Source of the DNA: Candidatus Latescibacterota bacterium
GTDB lineage: Bacteria; Latescibacterota; UBA2968; UBA8231
Assembly (NCBI GenBank): GCA_965248355.1
Contig: OZ252098.1
Location: 5,024,001-5,088,000, forward strand
DNA: 64,000 nt
Reading direction: 5' to 3'
Both the position numbers and the translations under genes were made by a program. Under the pieces are notes generated by a model, which saw only the letters and a program-made list of their open reading frames with translations, ran no database searches and was not told the DNA's origin. This document shows positions 1 to 11,224 of this stretch, piece by piece. Position 1 is the first letter of the stretch. Every line of letters starts with the position of its first letter.

Positions 1-481
1 GCAGTACGGGGTGGAGCCCGACGTGATGACCCTGGCCAAGGCCCTCGGCGGAGGGCTTCCCATCGGCGCCACCCTGCTGACCCAGAAGGTGGCCGACGCC
101 CTGCAGGCGGGGGACCACGCCGCCACCTTCGGCGCCAACCCGGTGGTGGCCAATGTGGCTCTGGCGGTGCTCGACAAGCTCACCGCCGACGGCTTCCTCG
201 AAGGCGTGGCCCGCAACGGCCGGCGCCTGCGCACGGGGCTGGAGAAGCTGCAGCAGCGCTGGCCGGAGCGGATCTCCGAGATCCGCGGGCGGGGACTCAT
301 CCAGGGGGCGGTGGTCACGGACCGCCCGGCCTCCGACTACCTGGCCGACTTCAGGCAGCGCGAGATCCTGGTGGCGCCCTGCGGCCCCGACATGGTGCGC
401 TTCCTGCCCCCGCTGATCGTCGACGAGGACCGCATCGACGAGGTCATCGGCGTCTTCGACGAGATCCTCAGGCAGAGCTAG
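1..481 (+). CDS. argD: Acetylornithine aminotransferase (class III PLP aminotransferase), 5'-truncated by the window edge
   Basis: PLP-lysine motif PDVMTLAKALGGG, HAATFGANP, IRGRGL and VRFLPPL. The frame is open to the window edge and lies directly upstream of argH. Confidence 0.85.
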   Translation, partial: QYGVEPDVMTLAKALGGGLPIGATLLTQKVADALQAGDHAATFGANPVVANVALAVLDKLTADGFLEGVARNGRRLRTGLEKLQQRWPERISEIRGRGLIQGAVVTDRPASDYLADFRQREILVAPCGPDMVRFLPPLIVDEDRIDEVIGVFDEILRQS

Positions 482-496
482 TCCCGCCGCCTCATC

Positions 497-1894
497 GTGT
501 CCGGTTCCCACAAGGCATGGAGCGGCCGCTTCTCCGGGGCCACGGCCGAGCTGATGGAGCGCTTCAACGCCTCCATCGGCTTCGACCGGCGCCTTCTCGA
601 GGTCGACGTGGCCGGCAGCAAGGTCTACGCCCGCGCCCTGGAGCGGGCCGGCCTGCTCACCCCGTCCGAGTGCGGCCGCATCCTGAGCGGTCTCGACCAG
701 GTCCTGCGGGAGCTGTCGGCGCCCGACCATGAGTTCCACCCGGACGTGGAGGACGTGCACATGGCCGTCGAGGCCCGGCTCACCGGGATCCTCGGTCCCC
801 TGGGCGGCAAGCTGCACGCCGGCCGCAGCCGCAACGACCAGGTCAGCCTCGACGAGCGCCTCTACCTGCGCGCCGCCACCGCCGCCACCGGCCGGCGCAT
901 CCGCCGGCTGCAGGAAGTCCTGGTGGCCTCCGCCCAGGACCACCGCCGGACCGTCCTGCCAGGCTACACGCACCTGCAGCAGGCGCAGCCGATCCTGTTC
1001 GCCCACTACGCCCTGTCCCTGTTCTGGGCCCTGGGCCGGGATCTCGGCCGGCTGGAGGACGGCCTGCGCCGCAGCGACCGCATGCCCCTCGGCTCCGGCG
1101 CCCTCGCGGGCTCCGCCTTCGCCCTCGACCGCGAGTTCATGGCGCGGGAGCTCGGGTTCTCGGGGGTGACCCCCAACAGCCTCGACGCGGTCTCCGACCG
1201 CGACTTCCTCCTGGAGGCCCTGGCGGCGCTGTCGATCCTGATGATGCACCTGAGCCGCTACTGCGAGGACCTGGTCCTGTTCTCCTCGGCCGAGTTCGGC
1301 TTCGTCGAGCTCGACGACGCCTGGGCCACCGGCTCGAGCATGATGCCCCAGAAGAAGAACCCGGACTCCCTGGAGCTGGTCCGCGGCAAGACGGGCCGCG
1401 TGTACGGAGACCTGCTCTCCCTGCTGACGGCGATGAAGGGCCTCGGCCTGACCTACGGCAAGGACCTGCAGGAGGACAAGGAGCCCGTCTTCGACGCCTT
1501 CGACACGGCCGCCGACTGTCTCGAGGTCTTCGCCGCGGCGTGGGAGACGATGAAGGTGAACACCGGCCGCATGGCCGAGGCCGTGGACGACGGCGCCCTG
1601 GCCACGGAGCTGGCCGACTTCCTCGTGGAGACCGGGGTGCCCTTCCGGGAGGCGCACCGGGTGGCCGGGGCCATCGTCCGGGAGGCGTCCGCCCGGGGGC
1701 GCGGGCTCACCGAGCTGGTCCTGGCCGACCTGCAGGCCCACCACCCGGCCTTCGACGAAGAGGCATTGCGGCGCCTGGACCTGGAGGCCAGCCTGGCGCG
1801 GCGCAACCTCGAGGGCGGCACCGGGCCGGCCGCGGTGGAGCGCCAGCTGCAGCAGGCCAGGGAGATCCTGGCCGGGGCCGGTTCACAGGAGTGA
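497..1894 (+). CDS. argH: Argininosuccinate lyase
   Basis: WSGRF N-terminus, HAGRSRNDQV, PGYTHLQQAQP, signature GSSMMPQKKNPD and DLQEDKE. Confidence 0.97.
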   Translation: MSGSHKAWSGRFSGATAELMERFNASIGFDRRLLEVDVAGSKVYARALERAGLLTPSECGRILSGLDQVLRELSAPDHEFHPDVEDVHMAVEARLTGILGPLGGKLHAGRSRNDQVSLDERLYLRAATAATGRRIRRLQEVLVASAQDHRRTVLPGYTHLQQAQPILFAHYALSLFWALGRDLGRLEDGLRRSDRMPLGSGALAGSAFALDREFMARELGFSGVTPNSLDAVSDRDFLLEALAALSILMMHLSRYCEDLVLFSSAEFGFVELDDAWATGSSMMPQKKNPDSLELVRGKTGRVYGDLLSLLTAMKGLGLTYGKDLQEDKEPVFDAFDTAADCLEVFAAAWETMKVNTGRMAEAVDDGALATELADFLVETGVPFREAHRVAGAIVREASARGRGLTELVLADLQAHHPAFDEEALRRLDLEASLARRNLEGGTGPAAVERQLQQAREILAGAGSQE

Positions 1895-3291
1895 CTCCCA
1901 AGCCGACCGATGTGCGGGTCACGGGCGCGGCCCTCCACCTCCTGCCGGTGGAGACCCGGGTACCGCTGAAGTTCGGTCCCGGGACCACGACCCGCGTCAC
2001 CGTGGCCCGGGTCCGCCTGCAGGTGGCCGCCGCCGACGGCCGCCGCGCCGAAGGGTGGGGCGAGACCCCCCTGAGCGTGCAGTGGGTCTGGCCCTCCGAG
2101 CGGCCCTACGAGGAGCGCCACCAGGCCCTGATCGCCTTCAGCGTCGAGCTGGCCCGCGCCTGGAGCGACTTCGATGTCAGCGGACACGCCCTGGAGGTGG
2201 GGCACGCCTTCCAGCTCCAGCTGCCGGGGATCCTGGACCGTTTTCACCGGGATCGCCTCCCGGTGCCGCTCCTGGCGGCGCGGGTGTGCACCTCCCCCTT
2301 CGACCTGGCCCTGCACGACGCCTTCGGCCGGCTCTGCCGGCGGCCGGTCTACGAGACCTACAACGCCGGGTACCTGAATGCCGACCTGGCCCACTTTCTC
2401 GAGGCGGAGGCCGGCGTCGACTTTGCCGGCCGCTATCCCCAGGACTTCCTCTCCGCCAAACCGCTCCGACGACTGCCCGCCTGGCACCTGGTGGGCGGCC
2501 TCGACCCGCTGACCCCGCAGGAGCTGACCGGCAGCGAGCCCGAGGACGGTCACCCGGTGCTGCTGGCCGACTGGATCCGCCGCGACGGACTGAGATGCCT
2601 GAAGGTGAAGCTGGGCGGCGCCGACGAGGCCTGGGACTACGAGCGCCTGGTCCGCGTGGGCGCCATCGGCGTCGACCACGGGGTCCACTGGCTGTCGGCC
2701 GACTTCAACTGCACGGTCACGGAGCCGGCCTACGTCAACGGGATCCTCGACCGGCTGAGGGACGAGCACCCCCGGCTCTACGGGATGGTGCTCTACGTGG
2801 AGCAGCCCTTCCCGTACGATCTGGAAGCGCACCGCATCGACGTGCACAGCGTCTCCGCGCGCAAGCCCCTGTTCATGGACGAGAGCGCCCACGACTGGAG
2901 GCTCGTGCGCCTGGGGCGAAGCCTGGGCTGGAACGGCGTCGCCCTGAAGACGTGCAAGACCCAGACCGAGGCCCTTCTCAGCCTGTGCTGGGCGCGGGCC
3001 CACGGCATGGGGCTGATGGTCCAGGACCTGACGAACCCGATGCTGGCCCAGATCCCGCACGTGCTGCTGGCCGCGCACGCGGACACGATCATGGGGGTGG
3101 AGACGAACAGCATGCAGTTCTACCCGGAAGCCTCCACCGCCGAAGCCGTGGTCCATCCGGGTCTGTACTCCCGGCGCGAGGGCGCCCTGGACCTGGGCAC
3201 GCTCGGGGGCCCCGGTTTCGGGTACCGCCTCGACGAGATCGAGCGCGAGCTGCCGCCGCCGGCCGCCGCCGCCGGCAGCCTGTCGGGGTAG
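1891..3291 (+). CDS. Enolase-superfamily enzyme (mandelate racemase/muconate lactonizing-like), paralogue 1
   Basis: Likely GTG start at 1891 overlapping the argH stop (GTGA). Motifs LKVKLGG (KxK), SADFN, VEQP, MDES, ALKTCK and VQDL. Confidence 0.8.
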   Translation: MTPKPTDVRVTGAALHLLPVETRVPLKFGPGTTTRVTVARVRLQVAAADGRRAEGWGETPLSVQWVWPSERPYEERHQALIAFSVELARAWSDFDVSGHALEVGHAFQLQLPGILDRFHRDRLPVPLLAARVCTSPFDLALHDAFGRLCRRPVYETYNAGYLNADLAHFLEAEAGVDFAGRYPQDFLSAKPLRRLPAWHLVGGLDPLTPQELTGSEPEDGHPVLLADWIRRDGLRCLKVKLGGADEAWDYERLVRVGAIGVDHGVHWLSADFNCTVTEPAYVNGILDRLRDEHPRLYGMVLYVEQPFPYDLEAHRIDVHSVSARKPLFMDESAHDWRLVRLGRSLGWNGVALKTCKTQTEALLSLCWARAHGMGLMVQDLTNPMLAQIPHVLLAAHADTIMGVETNSMQFYPEASTAEAVVHPGLYSRREGALDLGTLGGPGFGYRLDEIERELPPPAAAAGSLSG

Positions 3292-3292
3292 G

Positions 3293-4759
3293 ATGGTCGC
3301 GGTCAGCCTTCACGAGGCCGTGCTCTCCGTTTGCAGCCGCCCCCTCCGCCGCCCGGTGATCCTCGGCGGGACGGCCCAGGAGAGCTTGGACGAGCTCCAC
3401 CTCACCCTGGAGTTGCGCACCGCCGACGGCCGCCGGGCCCGGGGTGTGGCCGCCGAGGTGCTGGCGCCGGCCTGGTTCGACCCCCTCCTCCGCACCGGGG
3501 CCCTCGCCCTGGCCGCGGGAGTGCGCACCGCCGCCGAGGTGGCCGTGGCCTCGGCCCGTGAGCCGCGCCTCGTCTACCGCATCTGGCGTGACGCCTACGA
3601 GGCCGCCGTCGCCCTGGGCGGCGACCGGGGACTGAACCCCCTGGCCGCCGGCCACGGGGCCGCTCTCGTGGAGCGCGCCCTCTTCGATGGCCTCGGCCGG
3701 GCCCTGGGGCGGCCCTACCACGATCTGCTGCGCCGCAACCTGGGCGGCATCGATCTCGCCGACATCCACCCCGAGCTCGCCGGCGCGGCGCCGGCGGATG
3801 TCCTGCCGCCGCGCCCGGCCGCCCGCCTCCAGGTGCGCCACACGGTGGGTGTGGCCGACATCCTGCGGGAGGGGGAGCTTCCGCGCCGGGAAGGCCTCGA
3901 CGCGCTGCCCGAGTCGCTCGAGGCTTGTGTCCGCCGACAGGGGCTGCGGCACTTCCGCGTCGACCTGGAGGGCCGCGCCGAACCCGATGGGGACCGCCTC
4001 GAGCGCCTCGCCGAAGTCCTGGGCGGCGTGGACGGGTACTCGGTGGTCCTGGACGGCGGCGAGGCCTTCTCCGATCCGGCCCAGCTGCGGACCCTGCTCG
4101 ACAAGCTCGAGTCCGGGCCGGAGGCGGGACGGCGGCTCTACGGGGCCATCGCCTGGGTGGAGCAGCCCTTCCCGAGGGCCGCGGCCATGGAGCCCGCCCT
4201 CTGCCGGGAAGTGGCCCACCTGTCGCGGCGCAAGCCGGTCTTCATCGACGAGTCCGACGAGGCCCTCGGCAGCTTCAAGCGCGCCGCCGGCCTGGGGTAC
4301 GCGGGCACCTCGGTCCGCATCGGCAACGGCCTGACGAAAGCCCTGGCGAACCACGCCCTGTGCCGGCTCTGGAACGGCGGCGGATCAGGCACCGGCCGGC
4401 GCTGCCGGCTGGCGGGAGCGGAGCTGCTCAGCCTGCCCGTGATCGGCCTGCACCAGCACCTGGCGCAGATGGCGGCCCTGGGCGTCGACCCGGTGGAGTG
4501 CGGGGCCGCCTGGCACCGGCCGGGCCTCGGCCACCTGTCCCCGGCCGAGAGGGAGACCTGCGCGCAGCTCCACGGCGAGGTCTACGAGGAGGTCTCGGCA
4601 GCGCGCGCCCCCCTGGCGGTGCGCGGCGGGTGCCTGGACCTGGCCAGCCTGAACCGGGCGCCGGGCCTGGGGATCGGCTTCCCCATCGATCCGTCGAGGT
4701 GGGTGCCCCTGTCCGACTGGCGGCCGGAGAACGCCGGCCAGGTCGTGACCCATGCCTGA
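3293..4759 (+). CDS. Enolase-superfamily protein, paralogue 2, lacking catalytic lysines (probable pseudoenzyme)
   Basis: Colinear with 4752..6212 (PxWFD, LVERALFD, VRHTVG, LPESLE, VEQP, IDESD), but KxK reads RVD and the TKNCK segment reads VRIGN. Confidence 0.75.
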   Translation: MVAVSLHEAVLSVCSRPLRRPVILGGTAQESLDELHLTLELRTADGRRARGVAAEVLAPAWFDPLLRTGALALAAGVRTAAEVAVASAREPRLVYRIWRDAYEAAVALGGDRGLNPLAAGHGAALVERALFDGLGRALGRPYHDLLRRNLGGIDLADIHPELAGAAPADVLPPRPAARLQVRHTVGVADILREGELPRREGLDALPESLEACVRRQGLRHFRVDLEGRAEPDGDRLERLAEVLGGVDGYSVVLDGGEAFSDPAQLRTLLDKLESGPEAGRRLYGAIAWVEQPFPRAAAMEPALCREVAHLSRRKPVFIDESDEALGSFKRAAGLGYAGTSVRIGNGLTKALANHALCRLWNGGGSGTGRRCRLAGAELLSLPVIGLHQHLAQMAALGVDPVECGAAWHRPGLGHLSPAERETCAQLHGEVYEEVSAARAPLAVRGGCLDLASLNRAPGLGIGFPIDPSRWVPLSDWRPENAGQVVTHA

Positions 4760-6212
4760 GCGACTCGGCCTGCGCGAAGTGGGGTTCACCATGCGCAACG
4801 TGCGCACGCGCATGCCCTTCCGCTACGGCGTGGCCACCCTGACGCGCGTGCCGATCCTGCACGTGAGGGCCGAGGTGGAGCTGGCCGACGGCACCAAGGC
4901 CCGCGGCCTGTCGGCCGACATCCTGCCGCCCAAGTGGTTCGACAAGGATCCCGCCAAGAGCTACGAGGACAACGTCGACGACCTGCTCTTCGGGGCCCGG
5001 CAGGCGGCCCGGGCCTGGGCCGAGGCCTCGCGGGAGCCGCGCTCCGTCTTCGATCTCTGGCGCGACGGTTACGCGGAGTCCCTGCGCGCCGGCGGCCGGC
5101 GCGGGCTCGATCATCTCACCGCGTCCCACGGCAGTACCCTCATGGAGCGCGCCCTTATCGACGCCGTCGGACGAGCCAGGGGCCGGACCTATCACCAGCT
5201 TCTCACCGATCCCGCCAATCCCCTCGGCCTCGATCTCGGGGCGATCCTCCCCGTGCTCGCCGGCACGCCGCCGTCTGCGGCCGTGGCGGCGCTGCCCTCC
5301 GGGAGCATCGCCGTGCGCCACACCGTTGGACTGGCCGATCCGATCCGGGACGCCCACGTGCCGGCCGGCGAGGTCCTCGACGACGGGCTTCCGCAGTCGC
5401 TGGAGGCCTACTTGGCGGTCCAGGGTCTCCGCTGGCTCAAGGTCAAGGTCAGCGGCGACAACGAGGCCGACCTCGAGCGGCTCACCGCCATCGCCCGGCT
5501 CCTCGACGAGACCCCGGGCGCCGGCGGCTACGCCGTGTCTCTGGACGGCAACGAGCAGTACACGGAGCTCGACGGCTTTGCGGGACTCCTCGAGCGCATC
5601 GAGTCGGACCTGCCCGCCTTCCACGACGCCATCGCCTACGTCGAGCAGCCCCTGGAGCGAAGCGTCGCCCTCGACCCGGGACAGGCGGCGGGCCTCGCCG
5701 CGGTGACGGCGCGCAAGCCCCTGATCATCGACGAGAGCGACGGCGACCTCGACTCCTTCCAGCGCGCCTCGGAGCTCGGCTACCGCGGCGTCTCCACCAA
5801 GAACTGCAAGGGCCTGTTCAAGGCCCTGGCCAACGCCGCCCTGGCCCGCCGCCTGAGCCGCGAGCGGCGCGTCCCCTTCCTCCTCACCGCCGAGGACCTG
5901 ATGAACCTGCCCGTCGTCCCCCTGCACCAGGACCTGACCCACGTGGCCGCTCTCGGGCTAGACCACGCCGAGCGCAACGGCCACCACTACGTGCGCGGTC
6001 TCGACCACCTGTCGCCCTTGGAGCGGGAGAGGGTGCTGCGCGAGCACGAGGGCCTCTACCGGCGTTCCGGGGAGACCGGATTCCTCGACGTCGCCGGCGG
6101 GGCCATCGACGTGCGCTCCCTGCAGCGGTGCCCCGGCCTGGGCGCTGGAAGCGCCTTCGACCCCGGCGCCATGGTCCCCCTCGAGGACTGGCGCTTCGAG
6201 AGCCTCCGATGA
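4752..6212 (+). CDS. Enolase-superfamily enzyme, paralogue 3
   Basis: RMPFRYG, WLKVKVSG, LDGNEQY, VEQP, IDESD, STKNCKG, AEDL and ERNGHHY. Overlaps the upstream gene by 8 nt. Confidence 0.8.
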   Translation: MPERLGLREVGFTMRNVRTRMPFRYGVATLTRVPILHVRAEVELADGTKARGLSADILPPKWFDKDPAKSYEDNVDDLLFGARQAARAWAEASREPRSVFDLWRDGYAESLRAGGRRGLDHLTASHGSTLMERALIDAVGRARGRTYHQLLTDPANPLGLDLGAILPVLAGTPPSAAVAALPSGSIAVRHTVGLADPIRDAHVPAGEVLDDGLPQSLEAYLAVQGLRWLKVKVSGDNEADLERLTAIARLLDETPGAGGYAVSLDGNEQYTELDGFAGLLERIESDLPAFHDAIAYVEQPLERSVALDPGQAAGLAAVTARKPLIIDESDGDLDSFQRASELGYRGVSTKNCKGLFKALANAALARRLSRERRVPFLLTAEDLMNLPVVPLHQDLTHVAALGLDHAERNGHHYVRGLDHLSPLERERVLREHEGLYRRSGETGFLDVAGGAIDVRSLQRCPGLGAGSAFDPGAMVPLEDWRFESLR

Positions 6213-7543
6213 GCGCCCTCACGCCCGGAGCCGAAGCCGTAGTCCGCCTGCAGGAGATGCTGCGCTTCGACACCACGAACCCGCCCGGCCACGAGCTGCC
6301 CCTGGTGCGCCACCTGGCCGCGCAACTGGCCGCCGAGGGGCTGGAGCCCCAGGTCCTGGAGGCCGGTCCGCAGCGCGCCAGTCTCGCCGTGCGCCTGCGG
6401 GGCGACGGGTCCGAGCGCCCCCTGCTGCTCATGTCGCACCTCGACGTGGTGCCCGCCGAGCCGGAGCGCTGGAGCCACCCCCCCTTCGCCGGGGAGATCG
6501 CCGACGGCGTCCTCTACGGCCGCGGCGCCATCGACTCCAAGCTGACCGCCGCCGTGCACCTGCAGGCGCTGCTCATGTGCCACCGGAACAAGCTGCCCCT
6601 GAAGCGGGACCTGGTGGTCATCGCCGCCGCCGACGAGGAGCGGGGCGGCGTCAACGGGATGGCCTGGATCGCCGCGAACCACCCCGAGTGGCTGGACGCC
6701 GAGTACGGCGTCAACGAGGGAGGCGGCTTCGCCGTGCTCGTCGACGGCCGGCCGATCTACACCTGCCAGGTGGCCGAGAAGGGCGGCGCCGACGTGGACC
6801 TGATCGCCCGCGGGCGGCCGGGCCACAGCTCGGTGCCCCATGACGACAATCCCATCGTGCACCTCGGCGCCGTCCAGACGCGGCTCGGCGGCCAGCTGCC
6901 GCACCGCGTCACCCCGGCGGTGGCCGCCTTCTTCGAGGCGGCGGCGCGGTCCGTGCGGCCCGAAGTGGGACAGTTGCTGCGGGATCTGCTCGACCCGGAG
7001 CGCGCGGAGCGGGCGCTGCGGGAGTTGCCGGTCGAGCCTCCCGTGCGCGGCATGTTCGACGCCATGCTGCGCAACACCTGCGCCCCGACCCTGCTCGAGG
7101 CCGGGCTGAAGCGCAACGTCATCCCTTCCGAGGCCGCCGTGCGTCTCAGCGGCCGGCCCCTGCCGGGGGTGACCGGGGAGGACTTCACCGCGGAGGTGCG
7201 GGCCCTCGTGGGAGTGGGGGTGGATCTCGAGATGGAGAGGTTCCGGGCGGGGGTCGCCTTCGACCACGAGACGCCGCTGTTCGGGGCCATGGAGGCGGCC
7301 CTGACGCGCCACGAGCCCGGGGCCGTGCTGGCGCCGTACATGCAGACGGGCGGCACCGACGCCCGCTTCCTCACCGACCTCGACATCACCGTGTACGGCC
7401 TCGTGCCCATGCGCCACGAGCCGGGCTGCGGCTTCTTCGAGTTGTGCCACGGCCACGACGAGCGCGTCTCGGTGGCGAACGTGGGGTTCGCCGTGGACGT
7501 CACCTTCGACCTGGTGGCGCAACTGGCCGCGGACGGCGCCTGA
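6209..7543 (+). CDS. M20/M25/M40 family metallo-amidohydrolase (acylase/peptidase)
   Basis: ATGA overlap at 6209. Motifs DTTNPPG, SHLDVVP, YGRGAIDSK, ADEE, NEGG, GTDAR and HGHDER. Confidence 0.88.
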   Translation: MSALTPGAEAVVRLQEMLRFDTTNPPGHELPLVRHLAAQLAAEGLEPQVLEAGPQRASLAVRLRGDGSERPLLLMSHLDVVPAEPERWSHPPFAGEIADGVLYGRGAIDSKLTAAVHLQALLMCHRNKLPLKRDLVVIAAADEERGGVNGMAWIAANHPEWLDAEYGVNEGGGFAVLVDGRPIYTCQVAEKGGADVDLIARGRPGHSSVPHDDNPIVHLGAVQTRLGGQLPHRVTPAVAAFFEAAARSVRPEVGQLLRDLLDPERAERALRELPVEPPVRGMFDAMLRNTCAPTLLEAGLKRNVIPSEAAVRLSGRPLPGVTGEDFTAEVRALVGVGVDLEMERFRAGVAFDHETPLFGAMEAALTRHEPGAVLAPYMQTGGTDARFLTDLDITVYGLVPMRHEPGCGFFELCHGHDERVSVANVGFAVDVTFDLVAQLAADGA

Positions 7544-7571
7544 GGCGGCCTCCGAGCGGTGAGCCTCTCCC

Positions 7572-9624
<2,053 letters not shown>

Positions 9625-9721
9625 CGTTCTCTCTGTGGCGGGGCAGCCACGCCTCCCGGGCGGATGGAAGAATGAGTTGTTGAAGTAGGTTAGTGATCCA
9701 CTTGATCCGGAGAGTTCTGCC

Positions 9722-9751
9722 TTGAACGCCCAAGGGAGAGAGCGGTATATT
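9722..9751 (+). promoter_or_regulatory. Sigma70-like promoter (TTGAAC-18-TATATT) upstream of the GIY-YIG gene
   Basis: Consensus-like hexamers in an AT-richer intergenic region. Confidence 0.4.
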
Positions 9752-9855
9752 CCCGGCTTCTCTGCAAACCCGTGCCCAAAGATTCCGGCGGTTCTCCTGC
9801 AATGGCTGCAGGTCTACCGCCAGTGACCGGTCCACCCCTTCCGTGGAGCAATCGA

Positions 9856-10417
9856 GTGCCAACGAAGCCAAAGAAACCGACAGTGAGCAAACGAGGCAGG
9901 GGCACTATCTCCCGCAAAGACGAACCCGTGTGGGTGGTTGTGTATGGAGAGTTGACTCGACTACGAGGTCGCCCTCAGGGCGGTCAAAAGGTCGAGCCAC
10001 TGTTCAAGTGTGTGGGTCAGAAGATCCCGTTCGAATTCCTTGATGAAGTGAAGGATCGTCTAAGAGAGGAAGATATCAGCTCCGATGGCGTATATGCTGC
10101 CCATGACTCCATGGGAGTGGTGCGGTACGTCGGTAGAGGAAGCATCTTCGGCCGTCTTCGACAATGTAAGGTTTAAGGTCAAGCATCCTCTCGAATTGGA
10201 GTATTTCTCCTTCTGGGTAGTGCTCGACAAGCACCACGAGCGCGAGATCGAGACCCTGTTGATTCGAGGTGCAGGACCTCTTCTCGTCTTCAACGAAAGA
10301 AAGAAACGTGTGGGAATCGAGCTGGGGGACATAAAGGACTACGAGCCAGGAACGTTCTACTTCGAGCGCCAAAGGAAGAAGGGACCCAGAGCGTCCGATG
10401 GGACGGTTCAGGAGTAA
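9856..10417 (+). pseudogene. GIY-YIG-like nuclease gene split by a frameshift at ~10167-10179
   Basis: GVYAAHD...VRYVGRG..FGRL lies in ORF 9772..10176 and continues as KHPLELEYFSF..EREIETLLIR..FNERK in ORF 10085..10417. Start is uncertain (9772, 9802 or 9856). Confidence 0.6.
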
Positions 10418-10473
10418 CCCTTTCCGCGGCTTCTCAGCACACTCACGCCGCATCCTAACCAACTTGGGAAACA

Positions 10474-10877
10474 GTGTGCCCCCAAGCCCTCTATATCAAC
10501 GGCATCTACCAAGCGGTGCTCAATGATATAGCGCGAGTCCAGTCCACTCGTCCTGATCATCCACTTTTCTTGCAGCCCTACTCGCAGTTCCCTATCGCCG
10601 ACATCATTCGGCAACTACAGATGACCTGCGGAACGTGACCACCATACCGACCGACAGGCGCAAACGAATCGAGCAAGTCATCGCCGAGCATCAACCTACG
10701 GAGGGCGGCCTATACGACGAAGGTAGCCTCAGCCGCAACCTGCTGTCTGTCGTCCGCATGATCAGACTGGACGTGCCTCTTGGTGTCGAGAATCTCATCA
10801 AGATAAGCGACAATCTACCCTTGTCCCTCAACCGTACCCGCTCCGGCGGTTGGTCTCCTGTCTGGCGGCTGACTTAG
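10474..10877 (+). pseudogene. Fragmented hypothetical gene (two short overlapping ORFs, 54 and 80 aa)
   Basis: ORF 10474..10638 (QALYINGIYQAVL..FLQPYS) and ORF 10635..10877 (..NLLSVVRM..LIKISDN..RTRSGGWSPV). Both are low GC with protein-like composition. Confidence 0.4.
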
Positions 10878-10885
10878 GACTGGCA

Positions 10886-11224
10886 ATGTTCGACACCAGC
10901 ACCCTCGACAAGGCCGTGAGAGAGCGGCGGCAGCGGCTGGCGGCCGAGCAGGCCGAGTTGCTCGACCGGGTGCGCCGTGCCCTGCTGGAACTGCGGGAAC
11001 CGCTCGGAATCGAGGCCGCGTACATAGTGGGGTCGCTACGTTCGCCCGATTCGTGGGGGGAGGCGTCCGACGTGGACGTTGCCGTGGAAGGATGCTCGCC
11101 CATGGTCATGGAAATCATGAAGGCCCTGGAGGAGGCAACCGGCAGAGCGGTGGACGCAATCGACCTCGACCGGCACCCTTCCGCCCAATCTTTCCTTCGG
11201 TCAGGAATCAAGGTGTATGGATAA
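10886..11224 (+). CDS. Minimal nucleotidyltransferase (MNT) antitoxin
   Basis: Pol-beta-type motif GS...SDVDVAV plus VDAIDL, ~112 aa, overlapping the HEPN gene. Confidence 0.85.
   Translation: MFDTSTLDKAVRERRQRLAAEQAELLDRVRRALLELREPLGIEAAYIVGSLRSPDSWGEASDVDVAVEGCSPMVMEIMKALEEATGRAVDAIDLDRHPSAQSFLRSGIKVYG

Noticed and set aside
1540..1890. N-terminal extensions in the ORF track (also 4934..6208, 34842..36047, 59239..60471 and others)
   Set aside because: They overlap upstream genes in another frame. Stop/start overlaps indicate the true starts.
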